36,767 nucleotides of DNA from an uncultured candidatus Brocadiaceae bacterium (GCA_964534775.1 CAZHPE010000004.1:1-36767), one strand, 5' to 3'. Positions 1-9,251 are shown, numbered from the stretch's first letter. Notes: generated by a model from the letters alone, not told the origin. Numbers and translations: made by a program.

Positions 1-403
1 GAGAATCAGCCGCCTAGCGAACGCCGGCAGCATGGGCACGAGGACTCTCGCCGGCACCCGGAACGAGCGGCTTCTTGCGCCCATATCGGACACGCCATCG
101 GCGCGGAACGAATATGCTTGATCACGTGCGCGGCGGGACAGGCAAGGAGCGGCGATGCGAGGTGCGAAACAGCTTGCGGGCAGGAAGGGGACGGGTGGGC
201 ACGATGCGTGACAGGAGGGCCGGAATTGTGCGCCGCATGCGGCAGACAGTGCCTCGCCCGCGTCGCTGCGCCGCGGCGCTCGTGCGGCGGCGGTGTAGTG
301 CCGGTGTCGAGCCGCTGCAGGGCCGGTGTAGGGGTTCGTGTAGGGACATACGCGCCCTGATGCGCCCATGTCGGCCCACGCGTACGCCGGTCCGCAGGCG
401 AAC

Positions 404-964
404 TCAGCCCTCTTCTGCGGGTGCATCTTCGTGCGGCGCATCTTCGGCGGGTGCTTCTTCAGCCGGTGCCCCTTCGGGCTGCGCCTGCTCGGCGGAGAGG
501 TTCTCGACCGGGGCCTGAACCTCGATCAGGAAGCCGCTGGATTCGGTATCCTGATCGGGCAGCCGGAGGTAGATTTCGCGCGTGCCCATCTCTTCAACGT
601 AGCGGTAGCCGTTGGCCCCGATCCACTCGAAAAGTTCCTGATAGGTCTTGCCGATATCGCTGATCGGCCCCTCATAGGCAAGACACGCCATCTCGGCGCC
701 CGGCAGCTTCTTGCGTTTCACCCGATCGTCGCTGTCGCACCGCTCATCGACGCGCACGCCTACCTCAGCGCGAAGCTTGTCCGCCTCCACCGTATCCGGA
801 TCGTCGTAGAACACGCCCACCGGCGCCGCGGCCCACGGGTGCCCCGAGCGCAGGACCCAGGCAAGAAGCTCGTCCAGCCGGTCGCCCGTCTGCTCGTAGC
901 TGCCGGTGAACTCCAGGCACATGACATCCGCGGAGTCGATGCTCTTGATTTCGACCTCAGCCAT
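404..964 (-). CDS. GyrI-like (AraC effector-binding type) small-molecule-binding domain protein with acidic Pro/Ala/Glu repeat tail
   Basis: ORF track 404..988 (-). The pattern VMCLEFTGSYEQ...PVGVFYDDP...MACLAYEGPISDIGKTYQELFEWI...REIYL looks like the duplicated GyrI-like fold, recognised by eye. A GAGGAAA Shine-Dalgarno lies about 5 nt upstream of the internal ATG at 964, so 964 is preferred over 988. Confidence 0.65.
   Translation of the reverse strand: MAEVEIKSIDSADVMCLEFTGSYEQTGDRLDELLAWVLRSGHPWAAAPVGVFYDDPDTVEADKLRAEVGVRVDERCDSDDRVKRKKLPGAEMACLAYEGPISDIGKTYQELFEWIGANGYRYVEEMGTREIYLRLPDQDTESSGFLIEVQAPVENLSAEQAQPEGAPAEEAPAEDAPHEDAPAEEG
411..485 (-). repeat. Five tandem 15-nt units (tcttcNNNgcgggtgc-like) encoding the pentapeptide repeats EGAPA/EEAPA/EDAPH/EDAPA at the C-terminus of the GyrI-like protein
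   Basis: Read directly. Units are at 411-425, 426-440, 441-455, 456-470 and 471-485, each starting (t/c)cttc. Confidence 0.8.
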
Positions 965-1167
965 TGCTTTCCTCACAAAGTGCGGCACTGCCCTGCCATT
1001 GGAATCGCGAATCCATCGTGACTTAGATATCAGCAGCAGCGGGTTCTGTCAAGCGAAAGACGGCCGAAGCGGAGACGCGAGGCTTTTGATAGTAGTCGCA
1101 ACGCATGGCCCCGCCATGGTTTAGGTAAGGTCTTTGTGGCGCCGGGCGGCCTTGCCATAGAATACTG

Positions 1168-3597
1168 ATGGAGTTCGTGTGGAAGCGGCCCGACGGGGAG
1201 ATCATGGAAGCAAGAAGGCTCAGGAGCTGCATCGCAGGGCTGGTGCTCGTAGCGGTCGCGTTGTTCCTCGTGGGGAGCCTCGTGAGCTACGACGCCGGCG
1301 AGGGTGCTTTCCCGGACAGCCCGCCGAATGTCGGGGTGAGGAACATCTGCGGATCCGCTGGAGCGCACGTGGCCGGATATGCACTGGCCACGCTCGGCTG
1401 GATGGCCGTCGCGGTGGGCCTCGGGCTGGGACTGGCGGGCGCGGTGCTGGTGACCGGAGTGCGCCTGCCCTATCAGCCCGGCATTCTATCGGCGGGCATA
1501 TTGACGGGTTTCCTGGCGCTGATGATCGGCCTGAGTCTGCACACCGCCACGATGCCCGGCGACGGGACCGTCTACTGGCGGCTCAGCGACCCCTGGAGCG
1601 GCATGGCCGGCGTGCTTCTGACCCAGTGGCTGTACGGCCGGATCGGCTGGGCCGGCACGCTCACGGCGCTCTTGCTGCTGGCCTCGGTGAGCGTGCTGCT
1701 GCTGGCGGGTTCGCGGGTGACCTGGCTCGGCGCCGGCATCAGGGGCTCGGCCGCGTGGGTGGCTGCCGGACTGAAGGCAGGCGTGCGGAAGGCGGTCGCT
1801 CGCACGAGGTTTGAGAAGCCGCGGGCCCAGCCCGCCGACGCCTCGCCCGAACCCTGGGCCAGCCCGCCCGTCGACGAGCAGGATGCAGAGGCCGGGTTGG
1901 AGGCGCTTACCGTCCTGGAAGAAGAGTTCGGCCCCGAACCGGCCGACGAGCTTGAGAGCGTGCCAGAGGACGAGCCCGCGCCGCCCCCGGATGAGGGCGA
2001 GGATCAGCCCCTGCCCGAGGAGCTTGTCGCTGAGCTGGAACCCGTCCCCCCCGAGCCTGAACCGGCCGAGCCTGCCGGGGACGCGGTTCAGGGCGCCCTG
2101 TGGCGGAACGAGGTCGAAGGTGAAGACGAAAGCATCCGTTACGAGCTCCCGCCCATCGAGCTTCTGGACACCTTCGAACAGTCCGCGGTGGCCGGGGACT
2201 CCGAGGACGTGCGGCGCAGGAGCCAGGTGCTGGAGCGCACGCTGCGGGAGTTTAAGATCGAGGCCCGCGTCGTGGGGCATCGCAGCGGACCGGTCATAAC
2301 GATGTACGAGCTGGCCCTGTCCGCCGGGACGAAGGTCTCGCGGGTTGAGTCCCTGTCCAACGATCTCGCCATCGCGCTCAAGGCGCCCAACGTGCGCATC
2401 GTCGCCCCCCTGCCCGGCAGGAGCACCGTGGGCATAGAGCTGCCCAACGCCCGCCGGGCGGTGGTGGGCCTGCGCGAGATGCTGGGGTCGGCGGGCCAGA
2501 AGGCGTCCAGGATGGCGATCCCGCTCATGATGGGCAAGGATACGGCCGGCACGCCGCTCATCGTGGACCTGGCCGCCGCACCGCACCTGCTGCTGGCCGG
2601 CGCGACTGGGTCGGGTAAGTCCGTGGCCATGAACAGCATCATCTGCAGCATCCTGATGACGCGCACGCCGCACGAGGTGCAGATGCTGCTGATCGACCCC
2701 AAGTCGGTGGAGTTCAGCGACTACCGCGCCCTGCCGCATCTGATCTGCCCAATACTCATCGACATGAAGAAGGCGGCCGCGGTCCTTCAGTGGGCCTGCA
2801 AAAAGATGGACGAGCGCTACGCGCTGCTCGCGCGCGCGCGCGTGCGCGATCTGGCCTCCTACAACAAGCTCGGCAAGAAGGGCATACTCGACCGCCTGAA
2901 CCCCGAGGAGGACGCCTCCGTTGACGACGTGCCGTTCTACATGCCGCACATCGTCATCGTGATCGACGAGCTTGGCGAGCTCATGATGGTGGCCGCCAAG
3001 GAGGTCGAGAGCAGCGTCATCCGCCTCTCGCAGAAGGCCCGCGCGGTCGGCATCCATCTGATCTGCGCCACCCAGCGCCCGAGCGTCGACGTAATCACCG
3101 GCCTGATTAAGGCGAACCTTCCCGGGCGCATCGCATTCCAGGTCTCTTCGAAGGTCGACAGCCGCACCATCCTGGACCGCAACGGGGCCGAGTTGCTCCT
3201 GGGCAAAGGCGATATGCTGATGCTCCCCCCCGGAACCAGCCGGCTGGTGCGCGCTCAGGGCACCTTCATGACCGGCCAAGAGGTGGGGCGGATCGTGGAG
3301 TTCTGGACCGAGCAATCCGGCCCGCAGTTCAAGGCCGAGTTGCGCGAGTATCATGCCGCCGCCACCGACGGGGAACCCGGGGATGGACTTTACGAGGACG
3401 CCGTGCACATCGTTCTGGAGACCCAGCGCGGCTCCGTCTCGCTCCTTCAGAGGCGTCTGAGCATAGGCTACTCGCGCGCCGCCCGGCTTGTGGACATGAT
3501 GGCCGAGGCGGGCATCGTCGGCACCTACAAAGGCAGCCAGGCGCGCGAAGTCGTGATGACTGTGGACGAATGGGAAACGGCGCGCGCGGCGAAATAG
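1168..3597 (+). CDS. ftsK: DNA translocase FtsK/SpoIIIE
   Basis: 809-aa ORF with N-terminal TM segments and an acidic/Pro-rich linker. Walker A is LLLAGATGSGKSV, and IVIVIDELGELMM is Walker B-like. The C-terminal winged-helix gamma domain reads VSLLQRRLSIGYSRAARLVDMMAEAGIVG. The start is uncertain (ATG 1168 or ATG 1204). Confidence 0.95.
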   Translation: MEFVWKRPDGEIMEARRLRSCIAGLVLVAVALFLVGSLVSYDAGEGAFPDSPPNVGVRNICGSAGAHVAGYALATLGWMAVAVGLGLGLAGAVLVTGVRLPYQPGILSAGILTGFLALMIGLSLHTATMPGDGTVYWRLSDPWSGMAGVLLTQWLYGRIGWAGTLTALLLLASVSVLLLAGSRVTWLGAGIRGSAAWVAAGLKAGVRKAVARTRFEKPRAQPADASPEPWASPPVDEQDAEAGLEALTVLEEEFGPEPADELESVPEDEPAPPPDEGEDQPLPEELVAELEPVPPEPEPAEPAGDAVQGALWRNEVEGEDESIRYELPPIELLDTFEQSAVAGDSEDVRRRSQVLERTLREFKIEARVVGHRSGPVITMYELALSAGTKVSRVESLSNDLAIALKAPNVRIVAPLPGRSTVGIELPNARRAVVGLREMLGSAGQKASRMAIPLMMGKDTAGTPLIVDLAAAPHLLLAGATGSGKSVAMNSIICSILMTRTPHEVQMLLIDPKSVEFSDYRALPHLICPILIDMKKAAAVLQWACKKMDERYALLARARVRDLASYNKLGKKGILDRLNPEEDASVDDVPFYMPHIVIVIDELGELMMVAAKEVESSVIRLSQKARAVGIHLICATQRPSVDVITGLIKANLPGRIAFQVSSKVDSRTILDRNGAELLLGKGDMLMLPPGTSRLVRAQGTFMTGQEVGRIVEFWTEQSGPQFKAELREYHAAATDGEPGDGLYEDAVHIVLETQRGSVSLLQRRLSIGYSRAARLVDMMAEAGIVGTYKGSQAREVVMTVDEWETARAAK

Positions 3598-3637
3598 ACC
3601 GCTCCGGCCCACGCGGCTCCTGACCCGGCAACCTCCC

Positions 3638-4990
3638 ATGACCAAGCGCCCTACAAAACGCCCCCGCGTCGCCCTCGTCACCCTCGGGTGCGCCAAGAAC
3701 GTGGTGGACTCGGAGAGGATCGCCTCCATACTGGAGGCTGCCGGGGTGGAGGTCACCGCCGATCCGGCCGGCGCCAGCGTGGCCGTCGTCAATACCTGCG
3801 GGTTCATCGAGTCGGCGAAGCAGGAGTCGATCGACGCGATCCTGGAGGCGGCCGACTGGAAGGCGGCGCACGGGCTGGAAACCCTGATCGTCACGGGCTG
3901 CCTCGCCCAACGCTACGGGGATGAGCTCCGCGCGAGCCTGCCCGAGGCCGATCTCCTGCTGGGCGTCGACCCGCCGGCGGCGGCGAGCACCGTGCTGCGG
4001 GCGCTCGGCATCGAGGCACCGGCGCCTTGCCCCGCCTCCCGCCAGCGCGCGCATCGGCTCACTCCCCCGGCGTGGTGCTACCTGAAGATCGCCGAGGGTT
4101 GCGACAACCGCTGCGCCTACTGCGCTGTGCCCTTGATCCGAGGGCCCATGGTTAGCCGGCCACTTGAAGAGGTGGTCGAAGAGGCGCGCGGCCTGCTCGC
4201 CGAGGGCGTCGTCGAGATCAACGTCATCGCCCAGGACACGACCGCTTACGGAATGGACCGCGCTGGCGGGCGGCAACTTCACACGCTGCTGCGGAGCATC
4301 TGCGCACTCGATGGCGAGAAATGGGTGCGGCTGCTCTACTGCCATCCGGCGCGCTTCTACCCGGAGCTGATCGACGTCCTTGCGGGCGAGCGCCAGGTCT
4401 GCCCCTACCTGGACATACCCCTGCAGCACATCGCCGACCGGGTGCTGGAGCGGATGGAACGCAAGATCACGCGCTCGCGCATGGAAGGCCTGATTGAGAC
4501 GCTACGCGAGCGCATACCCGGCGTGACGCTGCGCACGACGTTCATGGTGGGGTTTCCCGGCGAGACGGACCGGGAATTCGAGGAGTTGCTCGAGTTCGTG
4601 CGTGCGGTGCGCTTCGAGCGCCTGGGCGCTTTCACCTATTCGCAGGAAGAGGGGACGGCAGCCGCGAAGTTCGACGGGCAGGTGCCCGAAGCGGCGAAGC
4701 AGGAACGCTACCACGCGCTGATGAGCGCGCAGCGGGAGATTGCGTGCGGCCTCGCCGCCGCCCGCGTTGGTGAGCGCACGCGCGTGCTCGTCGAGGCCGC
4801 CGCCGAATCCGGCGGCAAGCCGGTCTTCGGGCGCAGTCCGCGCGAGGCGCCGGACGTCGACCCGGTCATCCTCCTGCCGGACGAACCCGGACTCCGCGCG
4901 GGCGAGGTGGTGGAGGTGGAGATCATCGCCGGGCGAGAGTATGATTGCATCGCGCGCTTGACCAAAGGACCGGGCGATGGCAAAGGGTGA
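3638..4990 (+). CDS. rimO: Ribosomal protein S12 methylthiotransferase RimO (radical SAM, MTTase family)
   Basis: N-terminal VALVTLGCAKNVVDSE...VVNTCGFIESAKQES, radical-SAM CDNRCAYC and a C-terminal TRAM-like segment. Length is 450 aa. Confidence 0.9.
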   Translation: MTKRPTKRPRVALVTLGCAKNVVDSERIASILEAAGVEVTADPAGASVAVVNTCGFIESAKQESIDAILEAADWKAAHGLETLIVTGCLAQRYGDELRASLPEADLLLGVDPPAAASTVLRALGIEAPAPCPASRQRAHRLTPPAWCYLKIAEGCDNRCAYCAVPLIRGPMVSRPLEEVVEEARGLLAEGVVEINVIAQDTTAYGMDRAGGRQLHTLLRSICALDGEKWVRLLYCHPARFYPELIDVLAGERQVCPYLDIPLQHIADRVLERMERKITRSRMEGLIETLRERIPGVTLRTTFMVGFPGETDREFEELLEFVRAVRFERLGAFTYSQEEGTAAAKFDGQVPEAAKQERYHALMSAQREIACGLAAARVGERTRVLVEAAAESGGKPVFGRSPREAPDVDPVILLPDEPGLRAGEVVEVEIIAGREYDCIARLTKGPGDGKG

Positions 4991-5513
4991 CACAGCTAAG
5001 AAGCTCGCGGTGACGGCCCTCGGGCTCGGCTGCCTGCCCGTGGCGCCGGGCACGTGGGGCTCGGCGGGCGCGGCGGTGCTTTACGTGGCGCTGCGCTATC
5101 TCATGCCGGGCGCTTGGCATCTGGCCGTGCTTGGCGCGGGCATCGTGGGCTGTCTTGTGCTCGGCATGGCACTCTGTCCCTGGGCCGAGGAGCATTTCGG
5201 CGAGAAGGATCCACGCCAGTTTGTGCTCGACGAGGTCGCCGGACAGTGGATCGCTTACCTCCCTGTATCCTTTCTCTGGCCGGAGCCGTTCGAGTTCGTA
5301 ATTCTTTCGGGTCCGCTGGTGGTTTTTCCCTTCGTGGCTTTTCGCTTCTTCGACATCGCAAAACCCTTCCCCATCCGTCGCTTGGAACGCTTGCCGGCCG
5401 GTTGGGGGGTGATGTCGGACGACCTGCTGGCGGGGTTGTATGCCGCCGCTCTCTCCTGGCCGGCTTTCTGGCTCTCTGTCATCCTGCTCTTTCTGCTGAT
5501 AGAGCCGATCTAA
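4977..5513 (+). CDS. pgpA: Phosphatidylglycerophosphatase A
   Basis: GLGCLPVAPGTWGS...VLDEVAGQWIA...FRFFDIAKPFPIRRLERLPAGWGVMSDDLLAGLYA are PgpA hallmarks. It overlaps the rimO stop by 14 nt, which suggests translational coupling. Confidence 0.9.
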   Translation: MAKGDTAKKLAVTALGLGCLPVAPGTWGSAGAAVLYVALRYLMPGAWHLAVLGAGIVGCLVLGMALCPWAEEHFGEKDPRQFVLDEVAGQWIAYLPVSFLWPEPFEFVILSGPLVVFPFVAFRFFDIAKPFPIRRLERLPAGWGVMSDDLLAGLYAAALSWPAFWLSVILLFLLIEPI

Positions 5514-5530
5514 AACTCAATGGGCGCGCA

Positions 5531-6376
5531 ATGATGGAGCCGCTTGATCCCGACATACTTTTCAGTCCTGCCGCCCGCCGCCGCGTCATCGCCCGGGAGG
5601 GCGAGGTGCTCGATGTGGTGGAGAGCACCATGGACGAGGTGCGCCGGCGCGCCGAGGCAGGGGCGCCGGACGGATACGCCGTGCTGGCCGAGCACCAGAT
5701 GGCGGGCCGCGGCCGCACGGGGGCATGGGAATGCCCAGAGGGAGAGGGGCTGCTGGTGAGCGTGCTGCTGCGGCTGGGGATGAGTGCGAGCGAAAGGTTC
5801 CTCAGCGGCCTCCTGGGCGCCGTGGCCGCCGCAGAAGCCCTCGGACAGTTCCTGCCGGAGGTGGGCATCAAGTGGCCCAATGACATCGTGGCGCGCGTGG
5901 GCGGCTCGGAGCGGCTCTGGGTGCGCAAGCTCGGCGGGGTACTGGTCGAACAGGCGCCGCAGGGAGATGCCGCGCCGGCTCACATCCTGGGCATCGGCCT
6001 GAACGTGAACCAGGTGCGCGAGGGCCTCCCGTCGGGCGCGGAGGTGTCGGCCACCTCGCTCAGGGCGGAACTGGGCCGCCCGGTCGACCGCACCGCCCTG
6101 TGCGCGAAGCTCTTCGATGAGTTGGACAATTGGTATGCGAAGCTGCGTCGCGGGTATCCGGAGGCGCTCCTGGCCCGCTGGCGCACCCTGAGCTGCCTGC
6201 TGGGACACGGGGTGCGCGCGCGCCTGGCCGGGGGCGAGGTCCGGGGGACCGAGGTCTGGGGCACCGTCGTGGGCTTGCGCGCCACGGGCGAACTCATCCT
6301 GCGCACCGAGAGCGGCGAGGTCCTTTTGCTCACCAGCGATCGTGCCACCCTCCTGCTCGGTCGCCCCGGTGCGTGA
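5531..6376 (+). CDS. birA: Biotin-[acetyl-CoA-carboxylase] ligase, group I (no N-terminal HTH)
   Basis: This is the 3' part of ORF 5054..6376. ATG at 5531 gives MMEPLDP...; motifs AEHQMAGRGRTGAWECPEG and IKWPNDI. The upstream part of the ORF is Arg-rich out-of-frame overlap with pgpA. Confidence 0.85.
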   Translation: MMEPLDPDILFSPAARRRVIAREGEVLDVVESTMDEVRRRAEAGAPDGYAVLAEHQMAGRGRTGAWECPEGEGLLVSVLLRLGMSASERFLSGLLGAVAAAEALGQFLPEVGIKWPNDIVARVGGSERLWVRKLGGVLVEQAPQGDAAPAHILGIGLNVNQVREGLPSGAEVSATSLRAELGRPVDRTALCAKLFDELDNWYAKLRRGYPEALLARWRTLSCLLGHGVRARLAGGEVRGTEVWGTVVGLRATGELILRTESGEVLLLTSDRATLLLGRPGA

Positions 6377-6492
6377 CGCCGTGTCGGCCCGCGGGATCGG
6401 CCGGCGGCACCGCATCCCGCCTCCGACAAAGGGGGGTTGAATGCTGCTGCATCCGCCCGTGAGCGGCGTAACACGGGGGTGGGAGGCTGCGC

Positions 6493-7417
6493 ATGGACGC
6501 ACTCATACTTCTGGGGCTTCTTATTCTGGCGAGCAGCGTGCTCGGCGTTGTGGCCTTCGTGCTGGTGCTGCTGGTGCGGGCCGAGACCAGATTCCACGGG
6601 ACTCGCATCCTGGAGTTGAGCCGGAAGCTCAACAGACTGATCCAGCAGTCGGAACCTGCGGCGCCTGAAACCCCTGCTGCCGCACCCGAGGAAGAGCCGG
6701 CCCCTGCGGCGATCCGTGCGCTCCAGCAGTGGGGGCGTTTCGAAGAGATGGTCGGCAAGCGCGGGATCGCTTGGGCGGGCGCGCTTGTGCTCTTTCTGGC
6801 GGCGGCCTCGTGCTCGCCGGCGCAGACGAGGTGAGCGTACGCCGCAAAATGCCGGCGCTCGGTTAGGCGCTGATCGGCGGGGGCATGGCGCTGGCGGCCG
6901 CGCACAACGCCCTGCCCATCGCGCTCCTGGCGGTGCTGGGCGGCCTACTCATTCCGGTCCTTTGCTCCACGTGCGTGGATTCCCGGGACGTGCTGTTCAC
7001 TTACCTGACGGTGCTGGATCTGGGCGTGCTCGCGGTAACGATGCTGCGGCGATGGCGGGCGCTGGATGTGCTCGCCTTTGTGGGCAAGTGGGCGCTGTTC
7101 GCGGGTGGCATGGGCAGTTCTACACCTCGGCCGCGCTGTTGCCGGCGACATTGTGGGCGTGCGGTTTCTTCATGGTCTTCCTGCTGATACCGGTGGCCCA
7201 TCACCTGCGCATGCGCACCCCGGTGACGGTCGAGCGATTGCTGTTGGGCATATTCGCCGTCACGGCCCTCAAGCTCGTCCTTGTGGACATGGCAGGCATC
7301 AAACAGATATACCGCACCCTGTCCTTCCTGGTGCTCGGCCTGCTCATGATAGGGGTCTCATACCTCCACCATAAAGTAGAGAAGCACCTGGCCGCATCGG
7401 AGGCGCAGGAGCCATGA
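6493..7417 (+). pseudogene. DUF2339-like multi-pass membrane protein, collapsed and frameshifted remnant
   Basis: Three pieces lie in three frames. The N-terminal piece is 6493..6834 (TM, coiled region, then MVGKRGIAWAGALVLFLAAA). The middle piece is 6885..7187 (VLGGLLIPVLCST...LFTYLTVLDLGVLAVTMLRRWRALDVLAF). The C-terminal piece is in frame 6716..7417 (LKLVLVDMAGIKQIYRTLSFLVLGLLMIGVSYLHHK). An in-frame TAG sits at 6864-6866. The total of about 0.9 kb is far shorter than typical family members. Confidence 0.5.
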
Positions 7418-7430
7418 ACGCGCCGCCGAC

Positions 7431-8678
7431 TCAGACCTTCAGGCGGTAGAGTTCCACGGCGTTGTCGAAGAACCACAGCCGGGCGATCGCGAGCGCCTGC
7501 GCCTCGGTCATCTGCCCCTCCTCGATCCGCTCCGCCAGCACCCGCGCCACGTCCTCGCGCGCCATCTCCAGGTGCCCGTAGGCCTTCTCCACCGGCACCG
7601 TGTAGTCCCCGCCGAACGCCAGCAGCTTGTTGGTCGGGATCAGGTCAATGGCCTCGGCCAGGCCGGCCATGGCGAAGCGCTGCGAGATGATGTGCGTCCA
7701 GCACAGGTTCAGCCACACGTTCGGGAACCCCTTGCCGAGCATCAGCGCCTCCCGCACCCACGGGTAGCCCAGATGGTAGATGTCGAACCGGGCGTTCGGA
7801 TGGCGCTGGAGGATCGGGATCATGTGCAGTGGGTCGAGCTCGCGGAAGTCGCGCCAGTAACCCGTGTGCACGCAGATCACCATGTCCTGCTCGGCGCCGA
7901 ACTTGACGGCCTCATCCACCAGGTAGTCGCGCAGCGGGTTGGCTGCGGGGAGCGTCTCGCAACGGCCGTCGCGCAGGCTGGCAAAGGCGCTCGCCGCCGC
8001 CTCGCGGCTGGGCGGCTGGAAGGGGTTCGAGACCATCTTTAGCCCCACCGCCCCCTCGCCCTTGACCTTCGTGACGTAGGCGCGCATGTTCTCCAGCAGG
8101 TCATCCAGCGCACGCACGGGGCCGAGCGCCTGAAAAGCCTTGCGCGTCACATCCTCCCAGGTCCCCAGGGCAAGGACCAGGGACATCACGGGCAGGAGGC
8201 GCGGGTGGTTCAGGTCGGTGCGCTCGCACTGGGTGAGCGAGAAGCGGATGTTGCACGCATCACCCAGGATGCGCTCGTAAATGCCCGGCGTGTTGGCCGC
8301 CTGCATCCTCTCGCTTATCCCGACGCAGGTATCGCGGTTGATGTCCTCGGCGCCGTAGAACTGCCGGGCGGCGATCAGCGCCGCGCGCGCGTATGAGCCC
8401 CAGCGGATGCGCTCCCAGTAAGGCTCGAATATCTCCCAGCGCCGCTCCAGTGGGATGTCGCGGTTGACCAAGGCAGCGTACTCCCCCTCGCTCATCCGCG
8501 CGGCCAGCAGGTCGCCGTAGGTGTAGTGGCGAAACAGCGTGAACACGTCCACGTCCATCCCGACGCGGGCATCCTCGGGCGGGAGGTGCTCGTGGCAGTC
8601 GATGATCTCGAACTCCGAGATGGCGTCGTACAGTGCCTGGGCCTGCGGGCTCATTACAACCGGATCGGAACTGGACAT
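7431..8678 (-). CDS. Metal-dependent amidohydrolase-family protein (Amidohydro_2-like)
   Basis: 415-aa ORF with the IDCHEHLPPE metal-binding motif near the N-terminus and later VICVHTGY...FDIYHLGYPW. GGAGG Shine-Dalgarno lies 6 nt upstream of ATG 8678. Confidence 0.8.
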   Translation of the reverse strand: MSSSDPVVMSPQAQALYDAISEFEIIDCHEHLPPEDARVGMDVDVFTLFRHYTYGDLLAARMSEGEYAALVNRDIPLERRWEIFEPYWERIRWGSYARAALIAARQFYGAEDINRDTCVGISERMQAANTPGIYERILGDACNIRFSLTQCERTDLNHPRLLPVMSLVLALGTWEDVTRKAFQALGPVRALDDLLENMRAYVTKVKGEGAVGLKMVSNPFQPPSREAAASAFASLRDGRCETLPAANPLRDYLVDEAVKFGAEQDMVICVHTGYWRDFRELDPLHMIPILQRHPNARFDIYHLGYPWVREALMLGKGFPNVWLNLCWTHIISQRFAMAGLAEAIDLIPTNKLLAFGGDYTVPVEKAYGHLEMAREDVARVLAERIEEGQMTEAQALAIARLWFFDNAVELYRLKV

Positions 8679-8774
8679 TCTTGACCTCCGCGCTCATTTC
8701 GAGGAAGGGCCTGTGCGATCATGCCGGAGCGCCAATATACCGCGCAGGCGCGTCCTTGCAAAGGCCCGCGCCGC

Positions 8775-8840
8775 AATGACGAATTACGAAACCCGAATGA
8801 CGAATGAATGTCCAATGCCCAAATCCCAATGACCGACGAA
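8775..8840. repeat. AT-rich short direct repeats: AATGACGAAT x2 (8775-8784, 8796-8805; 21-bp phase) plus degenerate AATGACCGACGAA (8828-8840)
   Basis: Read directly. They lie in the divergent intergenic region between the amidohydrolase gene (-) and the hicB relic (+). Confidence 0.5.
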
Positions 8841-8987
8841 GACGCAGGCACCCGTGAGGAATTCGTTACGTGGGTGGCCCGGACGGAATGTCCGGGTCCG
8901 CGGGACAAGTGCAAAGGAGACTTCCCCTCTTGTCAATGCTATATGCTCTTGCAGAGCAGGCGCTGACTTGAGTGGAGGGCCGGGGCC

Positions 8988-9194
8988 GTGAGGTTTGTCA
9001 TTGCGATTTCGCAGGACGAGGGTGGAATGTTCATCGCGGAATGTCCCTGCATACCTGACTGCGTCAGTTAGGGCAAGACGGAGCAGGAAGCCGAGGCAAA
9101 CATCCGCGACGCGATTAAGGAGTGCCTGGAGGTCAGGGCCGAACGAGGAATGCCGTTGACCGTGGCAACCCGCGAGGTCGAGGTGAACGTCTGA
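8988..9194 (+). pseudogene. hicB: HicB-like (UPF0150) antitoxin with in-frame TAG
   Basis: GTG 8988 is preceded by GGAGGG. Translation is VRFVIAISQDEGGMFIAECPCIPDCVS*GKTEQEAEANIRDAIKECLEVRAERGMPLTVATREVEVNV. The TAG at 9069-9071 sits where family members usually have CAG (Gln) in the ...C.SQG.T..EA... motif. Confidence 0.7.
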
Positions 9195-9229
9195 TGCCTC
9201 GGGTGCCGGTGCTCAGTTCTGGTGAAACA
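9194..9229 (+). pseudogene. hicA: HicA-like toxin, 5' stub only
   Basis: ATG 9194 overlaps the hicB TGA (TGATG). The first 11 codons MPRVPVLSSGE match the canonical HicA N-terminus (MPKLPVLSG.E). After that the reading frame loses all resemblance. Confidence 0.5.
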
Positions 9230-9251
9230 GGGTGGCAAGAGGAGAACTGCA

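Noticed and set aside
1-403. The left edge is open from nt 1 to 360 in plus frame 1 (a Cys/Arg-rich translation), open in the codon-aligned antisense frame, and has a possible minus-strand start at ATG 84 running off the window (MGARSRSFRVPARVLVPMLPAFARRLIL). ORF 75..518 was also considered.
   Set aside because: There is no Shine-Dalgarno, no recognisable motif and non-protein-like composition, and both strands being open is what GC-rich non-coding DNA does. I cannot support a CDS call. It may be a 5' gene end or intergenic.
1486-3894. Very long ORFs antisense to or overlapping real genes: 1486..3894 (-), 3329..4429 (-), 10662..11912 (+), 13064..14044 (+), 18998..20161 (-), 21990..23606 (-), 24776..25864 (-), 34285..35658 (-), 5510..6502 (-).
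   Set aside because: These are shadow ORFs typical of high-G+C DNA. Their translations are Arg/Gly/Ala/Pro/His-rich with no motifs, and each lies opposite a gene with unmistakable family signatures.
9069-9071. The in-frame TAG codons in hicB (9069) and the DUF2339 relic (6864) considered as stop-codon recoding (pyrrolysine or amber reassignment).
   Set aside because: TAG is used as the ordinary stop of ftsK (3595), rplY (17668), the trkA-like gene (27766), priA (35743) and the lipoprotein gene (29833). Both affected genes show other decay.
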